Assembly (NCBI RefSeq): GCF_039654945.1
Contig: NW_027361784.1
Location: 42,470,001 to 42,534,000 of the forward strand
Reading direction: 5' to 3'
DNA length: 64,000 bases
Origin: Dendrobates tinctorius
Lineage: Eukaryota
Positions within the stretch are counted from its first letter, which is position 1; each line of letters opens with the position of its first letter. Below, piece after piece: positions 12,780 through 25,109 of this stretch. The translations under genes and the position numbers were made by a program. The notes beneath the pieces were generated by a model. The model ran no database searches, was not told the DNA's origin, and was given only the letters and a program-made list of their open reading frames with translations.

Positions 12780-15700
12780 TTACATTGGCATAGGCCATGT
12801 GCAAATGAGAATAAGGACGATCCCTCTACACTGTGATAGCCCTTCAGACATTTGTAGACAGCTGTTAAATCTCCTCTTAGCCTTCTTTTTTTGCAAGCTA
12901 AACATTCCCAGATCCTTTAGCAGCTCCTCGTAGGACATGCTTTACTGTCTGCTCACGATCCTGGTAGCTCTTCTCTGAACTTGCTCCAATTTTTCAATGT
13001 TTTTTTAATCCCTTCACGACATGCACCATACATGTACGGCACATGTCGTGTCTCCTCCTTTGAAGTGGGTTCCGGCACTCAGCCGAAATCTTTCCTGGGA
13101 CAAACAGCTGACATGTGCCTCTAACAGCCATGGGTGGAATTGCAATCTACCCTTGGCTGTTAACCTGTTAAATGCCGCTGTAAATCTCTGACAACGGCAT
13201 TTAACTTGCGCTTACCAAAAGTGCATTGGTGACCCCATCACATGACTGTGGGTCACCGATGGGTTGGCATGAGAAACAGAAGTCTCCAGCCAGACCTCTA
13301 TGGTTGTCATAGGCGGATTGCTATGAACAATGCCAGATAGTTGGCACTCATAGCAAGTGAGCATTTCTGCTACACACAAGGAGAGGCGATCTGACAACTG
13401 CAGCTTCTAGTCTCCCAGGGAGGATATTGAAGCATGCAAAAAGTAAAAAAAAAATGTTTTTAAAAATATTTTAAAAAAAATGTATAAAAGCTTAAATCAC
13501 CCCCCTTTCACCCATTCAATATAAAACAATTAAAAAATCAAACATACACATATTTGGTATTGCCACGTTCAGAATTGCCCAATCTATCAAGCTATGAAAA
13601 GAATTAATCTGACCGATAAACGGCATAGCGTGAAAAAAGTCAAAACTCCAGAATTACTTTTTTGGTCGCCGAAAAATTGCATTAAAATTCAATAACGGGC
13701 AATCAAAACAACGCATACACACCAAAATGGCATCATTAAAAACGTCAGCCTGGCACACAAAAATTAAGCCTTCAACCGGCCTGAGATCCTTAAAAATGGA
13801 GATTTTATGGGTCTTGGCAAATGACACAATTTCTTTTTTTTTTTTTTTTAATAAACTGGATTTCTTTCATCACTTAAATAAAAAGTAACCTAGACATGTT
13901 TGGTGTCTATGAACTCATAATGACCTGGAGAGTCATAATTACAGGTCAGTTTTAGCATTTGGTGAACATGGTAAGAACAAATTAAAAAAAAAAAGTTGTG
14001 GAGTTACACTTTTTATTGCAATTTCACCACACTTGGAATTTTTTTACTGTTTTCGAGTACACAATATGGTAAAACCTATTGTTCAAAAGTACAACTCGTC
14101 TCGCGAAAAAAAAAAGCCCTCACATGACCATATTGACAGAAAAAAATAAAGGTATGGCTCTGGGAATAAGGGAAGTGAAAAACAGAAAAGAAGTCATGAA
14201 GTGTTTTAAAAGTGGTGCCCAGAAGTAAACATAATATTCCAGCTGAGGCCTGACCAAGGAGGAATAGAGTGGATAATTACTTTACATGATCTAGACTCTA
14301 TGCTTCTCTTAATAGATCCTAGATCTGTGTTTGACTTTTTTGCTTCTGAATCACACTGTTGACTCATGTGCAGTCTATGATCTATTAGTTTACCCAAGTC
14401 TTTTTCACACATCCTGTTGCTTAGTTCTATTCGTCCCATTCTGTATATGTAACTTTCGTTTTTCCTGCCCAGATGAAGAATCTTGCATTTCTTTCAGTTA
14501 AATAGCATTCTATTCTATTCTGTTTCTGCCAATTGTTCAAGCTTCTCTAGATCCTTCTGAATCCTTTCTCTGTCTTCTCTAGTTTTAGCTATCCCTCCTA
14601 GCTTTGCATTGTCTGCAAACTTGATTAGTTTACCTTCAATTCCCTTATCCTGATCATTTATAATGTTGAACAACACTGGGAACAGGACAGAGCCTTGAGG
14701 TACCACCTTGAAACACTCTTACAATTTTTCCATTTATTACCACTCTTTGAGTACCATCACATCACTGAGTCAGTTATGAATCCACCTAACAGTAGCCTTG
14801 TCAATCCCATACTCAGTATTTTTTTCAATAAGGATAGTAAAGAGATACTTTATCAAATGTTTTTCTACAGTTGAAATATACTATATCTACCACATTTCAC
14901 TGATACACTCAGTCAGAGATTCCATGATAGAAGGAAATTAGATTATTCTAGTAAGACCTGTGTGCTGCAAACCCATGCTGGCTCTGATTAATTACTGTAT
15001 TCTTATACAAGTACTTACATACATGCTATTTAATAATTTGTTCAAAGATCTACCCTGGTACAGAAGTAAGGCTCACTGGCCTGTAATTTCCTGGTTCAAT
15101 CTTTTTTCATTTTTTGAAGACAGGGACAACATTTGCCCTTCTACAGTCTTCTGGGATTTCTCCTGTTCTTCTGGATTTTTCAAAGATTCTGGCTAGTGGT
15201 TCTGTAGTTTCCTCTGCTAACTCGTTCAATACCCTAGGATGTAATTCATCGGGACCAGGAGATTTAAATTAATTTAAATTAGCTAAGTGTTTCCTCACAA
15301 TCTCTTTGTTTAGCGATAGTATGGATTATTTTATTACTTTGATAGCACCGTGAAGATCAGTTGATAGTATAATTGCTTTCTTAGAGAACACAGATGCAAA
15401 ATAGGAATTTAAAAGTTCGGCATTCTCAAAATGATTTTTGACCACTTCACCATTTTCATCCTTTAAAAATCCTATAGCATATTTAACTTTTCTTTTGCTT
15501 TTGAGATACCCCTAACATCATTATTAACTGCTTTAAAACTACCTTGCAAGCCTTACTTCATTACTGGCTTTAACTCTTGTATAGCGTGCCCTGCATTCTC
15601 TTCTTTAGATATGCTACCCTTTTTCCATTTAATATACATTGCTTTTTTCCTTTTTAACAAGTGATTAAGTTCTGAGCTCATCCATCCTGGTCTCTTTAAA

Positions 15701-16264
15701 TGCTTCCAGTTCTCCTTTCTTTTCAGGATTGTTACCGATGGTGCAGTGAGAATTTGATTTAGCAAAATCTCCTATCCTTCTTGGACTTTTCTGTCCTTTA
15801 GAACATCCAGCCACTGGACCTTTCCATCCACTTTCTGAGTCCATTAAAATCTGCCTTTCTAAAGGTCAACTTTAAAGTGGGAGTCCTCACAGGTCTTACT
15901 CGTCTTGTAATCTAAAATTACAGGATAGCATGATTTTTGCCTCCTAAATTCCCAGCCACCTTTACTTCCTTAACCATTTCCTTCCTGTTGGTAAGATTTA
16001 GGTCAAACATTGCATATCCTCTTGTTCTCTCTTCTACCTTTAGAAGTCAAGAAAAGATAAGAATTTTCTGTACCCATTATTTTTTTACCTGGGAGTGATT
16101 CCCAACAAATATCTGGATAGTTAAAATCTCCTATTTTCAAGATCACTTTGCCGTACTTTTTGAGAACAGAGACATCTGATGCAAAAATAGTTAATCCATA
16201 ACTTCTGTATTTCCAGGTGTCCTATAGTAAACACCTACAGTAGAATCTTTTCTGTTCTTCTGTC
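12780..16264 (-). pseudogene. Degenerate CR1 LINE ORF2 (APE endonuclease + RT), interrupted by a piggyBac-like element and an LTR
   Basis: VPQGSVLFPVLFNI...KLIKFADNAKLGG (14515-14706), EKDLG/SQQCD (14206-14439), GVYYR endonuclease motif near 16230; many stops and frameshifts. Confidence 0.88.
13009..14205. mobile_element. Non-autonomous piggyBac-like element inserted in CR1
   Basis: TTAA|TCCCTTCACGAC ... GTCATGAAGTGT..TTAA degenerate TIRs; the CR1 sequence resumes on both sides. Confidence 0.7.
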
Positions 16265-17158
16265 TGTGATGTCCGTCTGGTGCGAGTCTGGGCTGCAAGT
16301 AAGAAAGCACCCCGAGCAACCCCGAGACCCTTTACCCCTATACAGGGATCAGGAATTACAGCAGAGCCCAGAAGGTAGCTGTCTGTATAAGAGCAGCGGA
16401 CCAGAGCAGGACGGTCACCCGAAAGGGAATAATAAAGGGACCGAAAGCATAGTCAGGAGTCCAAGACTAAACCAGGCGGGCAGCAGAGGTACAAAATCGG
16501 CAGGCTGAAGAAGGGTCAAAAATCCAGGCCAAGGTCAGAGTCAAAAAACTGGGAGAGTAGCAGAGGTACAAAATCGGCAGGCTGTAGAAGAGTCAGAAAT
16601 CCAGGCTATGGTCAGAGTCAGAAATAGCAAATAACACACTAGCACACTGGGGAAGCCAAAACTATATCTGGTGACCTGCAGGACAAGCCCCAAAGCATTT
16701 GAAGGATAAGGCTATCCCTCACAGGCTCACAGTCTGATGACCTCATCTAGATCACCCCCAGAATCAGGCCAGATGGCGATGCACCAACCCCTTCACCTCT
16801 AACAGAGGAGCGGAGCCTGCACCCACCAGATGCATGCGCAGGAGCCCCTTCTCTGTCACCACCATCACCCATGGGAGAACCACGGCGATGCCCAATGACA
16901 GAAGCATGCATCAAAGGAGCAGACCCACATGAGGACATAGCCCTTCTATCGCCGGCACCACCAGTCGGAGTCCGGCGCCTCCCAGTTGCCGTGGCAGGAA
17001 CAGCAGCCCCCGAGTCCGATGGTGACGTGACAGTCTGGCGCCTCCCAGTGGCCGAGGCAGGAACAGCTGCCCCCAAGTCCAATGACAACGTGACAGTCCG
17101 GCACTTCCCAGTGGCCGAGGCCGAAACAGCAGCCCCTGAGTCCGACGGCGACGTGACA
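16265..17158. mobile_element. Probable solo LTR inserted in the CR1 endonuclease region
   Basis: TGT...GTGACA ends; near-TSD CTGTC/CTCTC; internal 63-bp tandem repeats at ~16975-17158. Confidence 0.6.
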
Positions 17159-17499
17159 CTCTCCTTGTAGACAATATGGGAAACTAGGAAAAACAGAGCA
17201 CAATAGAACTATGGAGGAGACCTTAATAAAAGTTTTAGTAAAAGGAAACAGGATGTTAAAAAAATGAAAACTCATAAATTTCAGTGAGATCAATTTGATT
17301 ATCAATCTTATAGAGGATATAAATGGAAAACGCATCTGAATCGCTCTCAATCAGGCTCCATAAGTTCAGTCTTTAACAACTCTTCCCCAGTATCAGCTGA
17401 TAGTAATGCTAAAGACCCAACAGTCAACATCAGATTTTATAACACCCGAGAAATGACATATGGACGTAAACATAACAACTACTAGGACTTCAAACACAC

Positions 17500-20340
17500 T
17501 GAAGATCTAACGGTAACTAATCTATCCAATATTAATCTTTTTCCAGCCAAAACCAAAAATTTTAGTTTGGAAATTACATTTTGTCCTACATCAGATATTG
17601 ACACTTTTGTGGACATTAAAGATGTTTTCTTTTTGCTCTTGAAACTTTCTTTTAAAAAAGTTTTGTAACAAAAGCTCCTTGCACACCTTTTTCTACAGAG
17701 ACAGAATTGGAAGCACTCCGGGTTCTAGAAGAATTACTCCTTGAACAACAGGAACCTTTGCAGAGTAAGTTCTCAAACCTTGTGAAAAATAAATCCAAAC
17801 ATTTTCCCCCTCTCATATTGAATTAATTTGTGGAAATATTTCTCAGGATGGTGTGTAGTGAATTCTACCAATTACGAATTAAAAGACCCTATGATAATTT
17901 GACGCATGTGCAACGTCAAGCACTGAGGGAACTCAAGAATATGAAACAAGTTGTATTCAACCCAGCTGACAAAGGAAGTAATGTGATGGTCTGACCTACT
18001 GAATTGTATGAAAAAGAAACTTTTAAACAGTCAAATGATGATATTTGTTGTCAAAAATTGGCTTTAGACCCCGCAACCGCTTTTCGAAAACAACCGTTTC
18101 ATTTTTTTTACATAGCCCTGGAAAAAGATTACATTACAAAGACAGTGTGGGAGGGATTACATGTCTCTTACCCGATTGTGCCAACTATATACAGTTAAGT
18201 CCAAATATATTTGGACAGAGACAACATTTTTCTAATTTTGGTTTTAGACATTACCACAGTGAATTTTAAACAAAACAATTCACATGCATTCGAAGTTCAG
18301 ACTTTCAGCTCCTTTGACGGCATGTTTCCTTCACAGCAAAACCTTCCAAATGCAAGCACCATACCTCAACTCAACTCCAGGCCTTTTATCTGCTTAATCG
18401 AGAATGGCATAATGAAGGGATTGCCCACACCTGTCCATGAAATAGCCTTGGTCAATTGTCCAATTACTTTTGGTCCCTTTAAAAACAGGGTGGCACAGGT
18501 TAAGGAGCTGAAACTCCTAAACCCTTCATCCAGTTTTAATGTGGATACCCTCAAATGAAAGCTGAAAGTCTGAACTTCAACTGCATCTGAATTGTTTTGT
18601 TTAAAGTTCATTGTGGTAATGTCTAGAACCAAAATTAGAAAAATGTTGTCTGTGTCCAAATATATATGGACCTAACTGTACTTTCTACCTAAAGTACAGA
18701 AGAAATGGACAAATCCATAGTTTCTGAGTGTGGTGGATTAAGTAAACCAGTTTGTAGTTTCCTTGATTGCTATCTCAAATCATATGCAACTGAGCTGCCC
18801 TTCAATATTAAGGATTCATTAGATGTTCTACGGAGATTACAAGGTATTGTATTTGAACCTGATATGTTTTTATTTACTGGAGAAGTGGAATCTTTATGTA
18901 CCTGTATAGATCAATGCCACGGTATATCAGCAGACAATTTTTTTTCCAACGAACAAAGGCATGGATAGGGAGCTCTTGGAGCTCCTTTTAGAGCTGTTGG
19001 ATTTTGCTTTGACCCACAATTATTTTATGTTTAAATATTGTTTCCATATGCAACAACGAGGTGTGGCAATGGGGGTGACCTGTATGCCCTCATATGATAA
19101 CCTCTTCATGAGTCTAAGGGAATGCGATCATATGTTGTCATATTTGTCCAATGTGCATGGTCCACCTGTGGTTAGTTGGATGCGCTTTATTGATGACGTT
19201 TTCTTTTGTTTGGCAGGGCAATAAACTGGAATTGGACAAATTCTTAACACATGTGAACATTAATGATGGGAATAACAAACTTGCATATAAAATTACCAAA
19301 GAAAAGATGATTATTTGGACCTTCATATTACAGTTAATCAATTTGGAAGCATCCACAGTAGCATCTATCGAAAAGAGACAAGTGCAAATTCAGTACTTTA
19401 TGCTAAATCTGCGCACACAAGATATACAATTAGAGCAATTCCTTAAGGACAATTTATAAGAGCAAGCAGAATTTGTGGTTCCAATGAAGAATTTGAAATT
19501 CAGGCCCGAGATTTAGCCTCCAGGTTCCTACGACAAGGATATAATTTATCTGGTATCAACCAAGGGTATCTACAAGTTAAAATTATGCACCGTAACACAC
19601 TGGTTATTAATAAACCATCAAAAAAGAAGATTCCCAATTACAATTCATTACTAGTTATCATGGAAGATGGAGAGATATGACCACTATTCTTTACCGATTT
19701 TGGCCAATACTAAAACAGGCCCCTGAACCTTCAAAATTGATTGAGAACCGTGCATGAACTATAGCGAGAAAAAGTAAAACCGTAGGTGAGACCATAGCAC
19801 ATATCCATAATGTTTCTCCCAAATAAAATTTTATTTTGTACTCTAAAATCCATAAATGGGGCTCCCATTCCTGCGGTGATTGTAGTCCATGTAAAAACAT
19901 GATAAGAACTGAGACTTTCAGTGATTCCTCAAATCAATGCAGCTCAGAAATTATTCATGCCATAAATTGTAAAACCACATCAGTAATTTACTATCTGACC
20001 TGTGCACGTGGCCTCATTTACCGTATATAGACTTCACATCAAGACAACTCCATGTTCGTATTTTGGAGCAAGTGAGGGACATAAGGGCACTCGGGATTAT
20101 TAATTCAGATGATACCCATAACGAAGAAATTGCAAAGCTGAAGACTTTGCCTTCCCAAATTTTAACCATCTGGAACTTTTGATCTAAAAGTCAGAGGCAT
20201 TGATGTTGTTCATTTAGGTATTCGTGGCGGCCATCTCATGAACAAATTAGCCCAAAGGGAATGTCGCTGGATCACTACCCACATAACTATGAAACTGTAT
20301 GGTTTGAATAATGACTGGGGGTTTGACAACTTTTTATGAG
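17500..20340 (+). pseudogene. Penelope-like retroelement ORF (RT + GIY-YIG endonuclease), degenerate
   Basis: PADKG (~17962); IYFLPKV restored after removing the MITE; GVAMG...YDNLFM; WMRFIDDVF; CGDCSPC; INCKTTSVIYYLTC..GLIY; ECRWI; GLN. Frameshifted. An AT-rich 3' region continues to ~21840. Confidence 0.88.
18192..18678. mobile_element. Tc1/mariner MITE (487 bp) inserted in the Penelope-like RT
   Basis: TA|CAGTTAAGTCCAAATATATTTGGACA ... TGTCCAAATATATATGGACCTAACTG|TA; ~118-bp TIRs; TA TSD. Confidence 0.92.
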
Positions 20341-21882
20341 CTGTTTAAGAACTAGTTCTTCGGTAGAGATCCCACTGTCTTTGCTTGTCTATCTTGTTTT
20401 TCTTTATTTATATTTCTCTTTTGTCCTCTAGTAACCATATTATTTATTAACTTACTCTATTTTGATCACTGACATGTTATTATTGTAATTTTTAATATAT
20501 TGCGCAGGATTGGGGTGTTTTTTGTTTGTGATTTTTTTTTGCAGCTGTATTCTCAGGTGCCATATTGTCTCTTTATGATAAGTCTATCATTATTTATCAA
20601 CCTTATGCTTTATCTGTTCATTCAGAATACCGGGATGACTACTTATCTGATCTGTCCCGTTGTGGGGACTGCTGTGGTGGCTATCTGTGCTCCCTCGTGG
20701 CTGCTATGGATATTGACTTTAACTTCCCTTCTCCGGTCTCCTTGTGACTCTTGTGGTCCACGGTTCATTACTGGCCATTTTCAGTTATTGCCTGTAATAA
20801 TATTTTTTCTTATTAAAACATTGTATTGTTGAACATGCAAAATTTGTATTTGTATTTTACTTATGTCGTCTTCATCATTTCTATATATTTTCTTATTTAT
20901 TTCTTCACTTTTTCTTCATCTTCGTTTTTCACTTAGCTTACACTACACACCTCACATCATTTGCTTTTACAATTCCCCCTTTTATCACACATTGAACAAT
21001 TTTGCACACATTCGTGTATATCTTTATAAATTGTACACATATACTCACCTTTTTATTACAACTCCATTCATTAACATTTATTTTTCCACACTCATCGCAT
21101 TTTTATTGTTTTATTTATGTTGTCATTTTTATCATCTTTATGATAGGTGCTATATGAAAATTATTAGTCTGCTATATGGCTCGTATTTTACTGCCTTGGT
21201 TTAATTTTTATTATTGCTCTTCTCTTTGCCCTTTAGTACTGTGGCTGCCCATCCTTCCTCTGTGCGTGCGTGCTCGTTCGCGTGCCTCACCTGTGACATC
21301 ATGGACGATGTGACCGTGCCTTCTGGTGATGTTTCTGCGGCACCTGCAATTGAGACGCAATACTTTGCTTATCTATTTTTTATGTGGAGCTATACTTCAT
21401 AATATGTCTATTATTTACTATATGGATTGCCACGGCCTCTTATTGTGGATATGGATGATTCATTGACATTGATTATTACGGTATTCATAATATTTGGCTT
21501 TCATTTGTATTCATTAGGATGATTTTTGGTGATTATTACCTCTTCAAGCACTGCACGTTATACTGTTAAACAACTTTTTGTCTGTTGGCCCTCATATATC
21601 CCCATATATAAATACTGAGAGGTGTGGTGAAATCTTATATATCCCCTTAGATAATTATTGTGGTGAAATCTATTTTGACTCCACTATATATTACAGGCCA
21701 TAACACCTATTTTGTTGCTGTATATATGCTGTCCTACTTTCTCTTTTTGTTTTTTATTTTATCATGTCTTGTAACGTTTGTGTTTTTGCAATCACTCTTA
21801 CCAATTTTGGTGTCTCTAATAAAATTAAATTGAATTATTTTGATTGCTTACAACTATGTTCAAGTAGATTCTTTATTCATAC

Positions 21883-22075
21883 CATGTGCTCAGAATGAAC
21901 CTGCACTTATCCTTGAAGAGTACAGGCTGCCAATGTCGAATCTGCCAATCTTGTTGTTGGGTGGAGGGATCACCACCCACTTGTGGACGTCGGGTCCTCA
22001 TATCACCCTCATGGAGTCTTTTTCTCACAGTTTGAGCATACCCATAGATGTTGTTGGCCTGCTAGAGGTCATGTT
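21883..22075 (-). mobile_element. Old Tc1 transposase fragment, left half of the element split by hAT copy 2
   Basis: Reverse complement aligns with ~57525-57620 of the related Tc1 fragment; continues at 35131. Confidence 0.75.
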
Positions 22076-22424
22076 TAGAGTTGAGCGATACCAGCCGATA
22101 CTTGAAAATATCGGATCGGAATGGATCGGCCGATCTTAAAAAAAAGTATCGGTATCGCCGATTCCGATACCGGGAACCAATGCAAGTCAATGGGGCCAAA
22201 ATATCGGAATTAAAAAAAACCTTTCTTTCCTTGTAGGTTAATTCTACATGAAGAAAAACAACTAAGAATAATGTAGAATGTATTGTGGGAGGTGGAGGAG
22301 ACATTAAAGCCATAGAGGTTTAGCCCAATCAAATGGAATAGCAGGAATTAAACTTTTTTTTTAAAGATGTTAGGAGTTACAAAGATATTGACTATGTTAG
22401 CCTCATTTATATTTTGCCAGACAT

Positions 22425-22775
22425 GTATGTCTTCTTCTTCTTTCTTCTTCTTTCTTATTCTTCTTCCTTTTTTTTACCTTCTTCTTCTTCTTCTTATTCC
22501 TTTTTTTACATTCTTCTTCTTCTTCTTCCTCCTTTTTTTACATTCTTCTACTTCCTTTTTTTACATTCTTCTTCTTCCTTTTTTTACATTCTTCTTCTTA
22601 TTCCTTTTTTTACATTCTTCTTCTTCTTCCTTTTTTAAATTCTTCTACTTCCTTTTTTTACATTCTTCTTCTTCTTCTTCCTTTTCTTACATTCTTCATA
22701 TTCTTCTTATTCAACAATTATTATTCTACATATTCAACTTCTTCATCTTCTTCCTATTCTTCTTCATCATATTCT
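22425..22775 (-). repeat. GAA/A-rich low-complexity tract (TTC/T-rich on +) in the hAT 3' region
   Basis: (CTT)n interspersed with TTTTTTTACATT units; counterpart at ~5540-5790. Confidence 0.85.
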
Positions 22776-23104
22776 TGTTTGTGTCAGGCATTCCTGTAGT
22801 TGTTATCTGGAAAAGTTAGAAGTTTACACCTTCCGTTCTGCCTGTCACAAAAGATTTACAACAGGATTTGTCCGCGTTCTGTTTGGCCTGCAGCAGCAGG
22901 CCTTTTCCAGGGGCACCACGAGGAGGAACGGACTCACCCCCATACACTGCTTAGTCTTCTTCTGCTTATAAATAAGATAATATCATTTGCTCAGAGTATT
23001 AGTCTTATGCTTAATGTTCTTCTGCTTTGTTTTTTTTATGCTTCTTGGTCTTCTCTCTCTTGTTGTTCTGCATCTTGGTGGTTGTCTTCCTGTTCTTTGT
23101 CCTC

Positions 23105-24160
23105 TTGAACCAGCTGAAGGAACTGGCACCGGGAGGGGCAGCAGAAGGAACAAGAGCCAATGGCACTACCGAGGACCAGCTGACGGTGCTGGAACCCGGT
23201 TACTAAGCAGGAGGTACCTGTGCTACAAAGCACTACCAAGGACCAGCAGACGTTGCCGGAACTCGGATACCGAGATGGAGGCACCTAGGCCAAAGGCTCT
23301 GACGAGAACCAGCTGACGGTGCTGGAACCCGGAGGGGTAGCATAAGCTGCAAGAGCAAATGGAAATAGCGAGGACCAGCTGACAGTGCTGGCACCCGGAG
23401 GGGCAGCAGAAGGAATAAGAGCCAATGGCACAACCAAGGACCAGCTGACGGTGCTGGAACCCGGTTACTAAGCAGGAGGTACCTGTGCTACAAAGCACTA
23501 CCAAGGACCAGCAGACGTTGCCGGAACTCGGATACCGAGATGGAGGCACCTAGGCCAAAGGCTCTGACGAGAACCAGCTGACGGTGCTGGAACCCGGAGG
23601 GGTAGCATAAGCTGCAAGAGCAAATGGAAATAGCGAGGACCAGCTGACAGTGCTGGCACCCGGAGGGGCAGCAGAAGGAATAAGAGCCAATGGCACAACC
23701 AAGGACCAGCTGACGGTGCTGGAACCCGGTTACTAAGCAGGAGGTACCTGTGCTACAAAGCACTACCAAGGACCAGCAGACGTTGTCGGAACTCGGATAC
23801 CGAGATGGAGGCACCTAGGCCAAAGGCTCTGCCGAGAACCAGCTGACGGTGCTGGAACCCGGAGGGGTAGCATAAGCTGCAAGAGCAAATGGAAATAGCG
23901 AGGACCAGCTGACAGTGCTGGCACCCGGAGGGGCAGCAGAAGGAATAAGAGCCAATGGCACAACCGAGGACCAGCTGACGGTGCTGGAACCCGGTTACTA
24001 AGCAGGAGGTACCTGTGCTACAAAGCACTACCAAGGACCAGCAGACGTTGCCGGAACTCGGATACCGAGATGGAGGCACCTAGGCCAAAGGCTCTGACGA
24101 GAACCAGCTGACGGTGCTGGAACACGGAGGGGTATCAGAAGTTACCCCTGAAAAGCAAAG
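23105..24160 (-). repeat. 265-bp higher-order repeat (4 x ~66-bp monomers), ~3.8 copies
   Basis: Near-identical blocks at 23223/23488/23753/24018; monomer core ACCAGCTGACGGTGCTGGAACCC. Confidence 0.93.
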
Positions 24161-24742
24161 TTGGCATGCCGCAAGCTGGCCGCAGTTACCGAATCACACA
24201 GTCCTACAGGGGGTGCTTGTCCTACTGGCACTATGGAACAAGCCTTTCTTACCAGAACCCGCAGTCCACATAGGAAGCACCTAAACTGCTGGCACCCTAG
24301 CCTCGGCTAACCCAACCGCAACACGACATGGCAACTTGGGGTGGCAAACTGACATTGACACTTCCCGGAAACAGCAGGCAGGGCTGGAACCAAGCTGGGC
24401 AGGAGGGAGTACCCGTGCCAAAGTCAGTTATGAGCAGCAACTGGCGATGTTGGAGCCCAGGACAAGCACTTAGCAGGCTGAGGCCTGATGTGCTGTCAAT
24501 TGGGAGGCAGCAGGACAGATTGCCATCAAAACAGCAGGGGAACAGCTGACGTTACTGAACCCCACAAACACAGGAGCTAGTGTTTTACTCTGTGAAGACG
24601 GCACTTCCGAGCAACAACTGGCTGTGTTGAAGCCCAGGGACAAGCACGGAGCAGGCTGAGGCTGCATTGAAGAAATTTTAAGATCGGTTGTAGACTACTA
24701 ATTTGAACCAAGCTCCACTTAGGCCTGTGGCTTCACTGATTT

Positions 24743-25049
24743 TCGTATTTCCCCTGTCCTCCAACCCCGCCAGTTACAGCTCCGAAGTGGCGTCTGCACA
24801 ATCCACACTTGTTCCTGTGTTACAGGTGTTCAGTCCGGTCAGTTAATCCCCTGATGTGTGTCCGGCAATGTCGCCTGCTCTGTCCACATTCCCATAATGG
24901 GAATGTGGACAGAGCAGGCGACATTGCCGGACACACATCAGGGGATTAACTGACCGGACTGAACACCTGTAACACAGGAACAAGTGTGGATTGTGCAGAC
25001 GCCACTTCGGAGCTGTAACTGGCGGGGTTGGAGGACAGGGGAAATACGA
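24743..25049. repeat. Perfect palindrome: 153-bp arms with a 1-nt spacer (centre 24896), imperfectly extending to ~24710-25080
   Basis: Left arm TCGTATTTCCCC...CACATTCCCAT, spacer A, right arm ATGGGAATGTG...GGGGAAATACGA; arms compared by eye and found to be exact reverse complements. Confidence 0.95.
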
Positions 25050-25109
25050 GAGACAGTGGAGCCACAGGCCTAATTGGAGCACGGTTAAAAATCAGTAGTG
25101 GTATGACTG

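Noticed and set aside
16747-17350. ORFs with 21-aa repeats
   Set aside because: They derive from the 63-bp tandem repeat inside a probable solo LTR.
23105-24160. CRISPR-like repeat/spacer appearance (~34-bp core plus ~32-bp variable part); also at 3736-5045
   Set aside because: The 'spacers' are homologous to each other and recur with 199/265/532-bp periods, there are no cas genes, and the context is eukaryotic. This is a higher-order tandem repeat.
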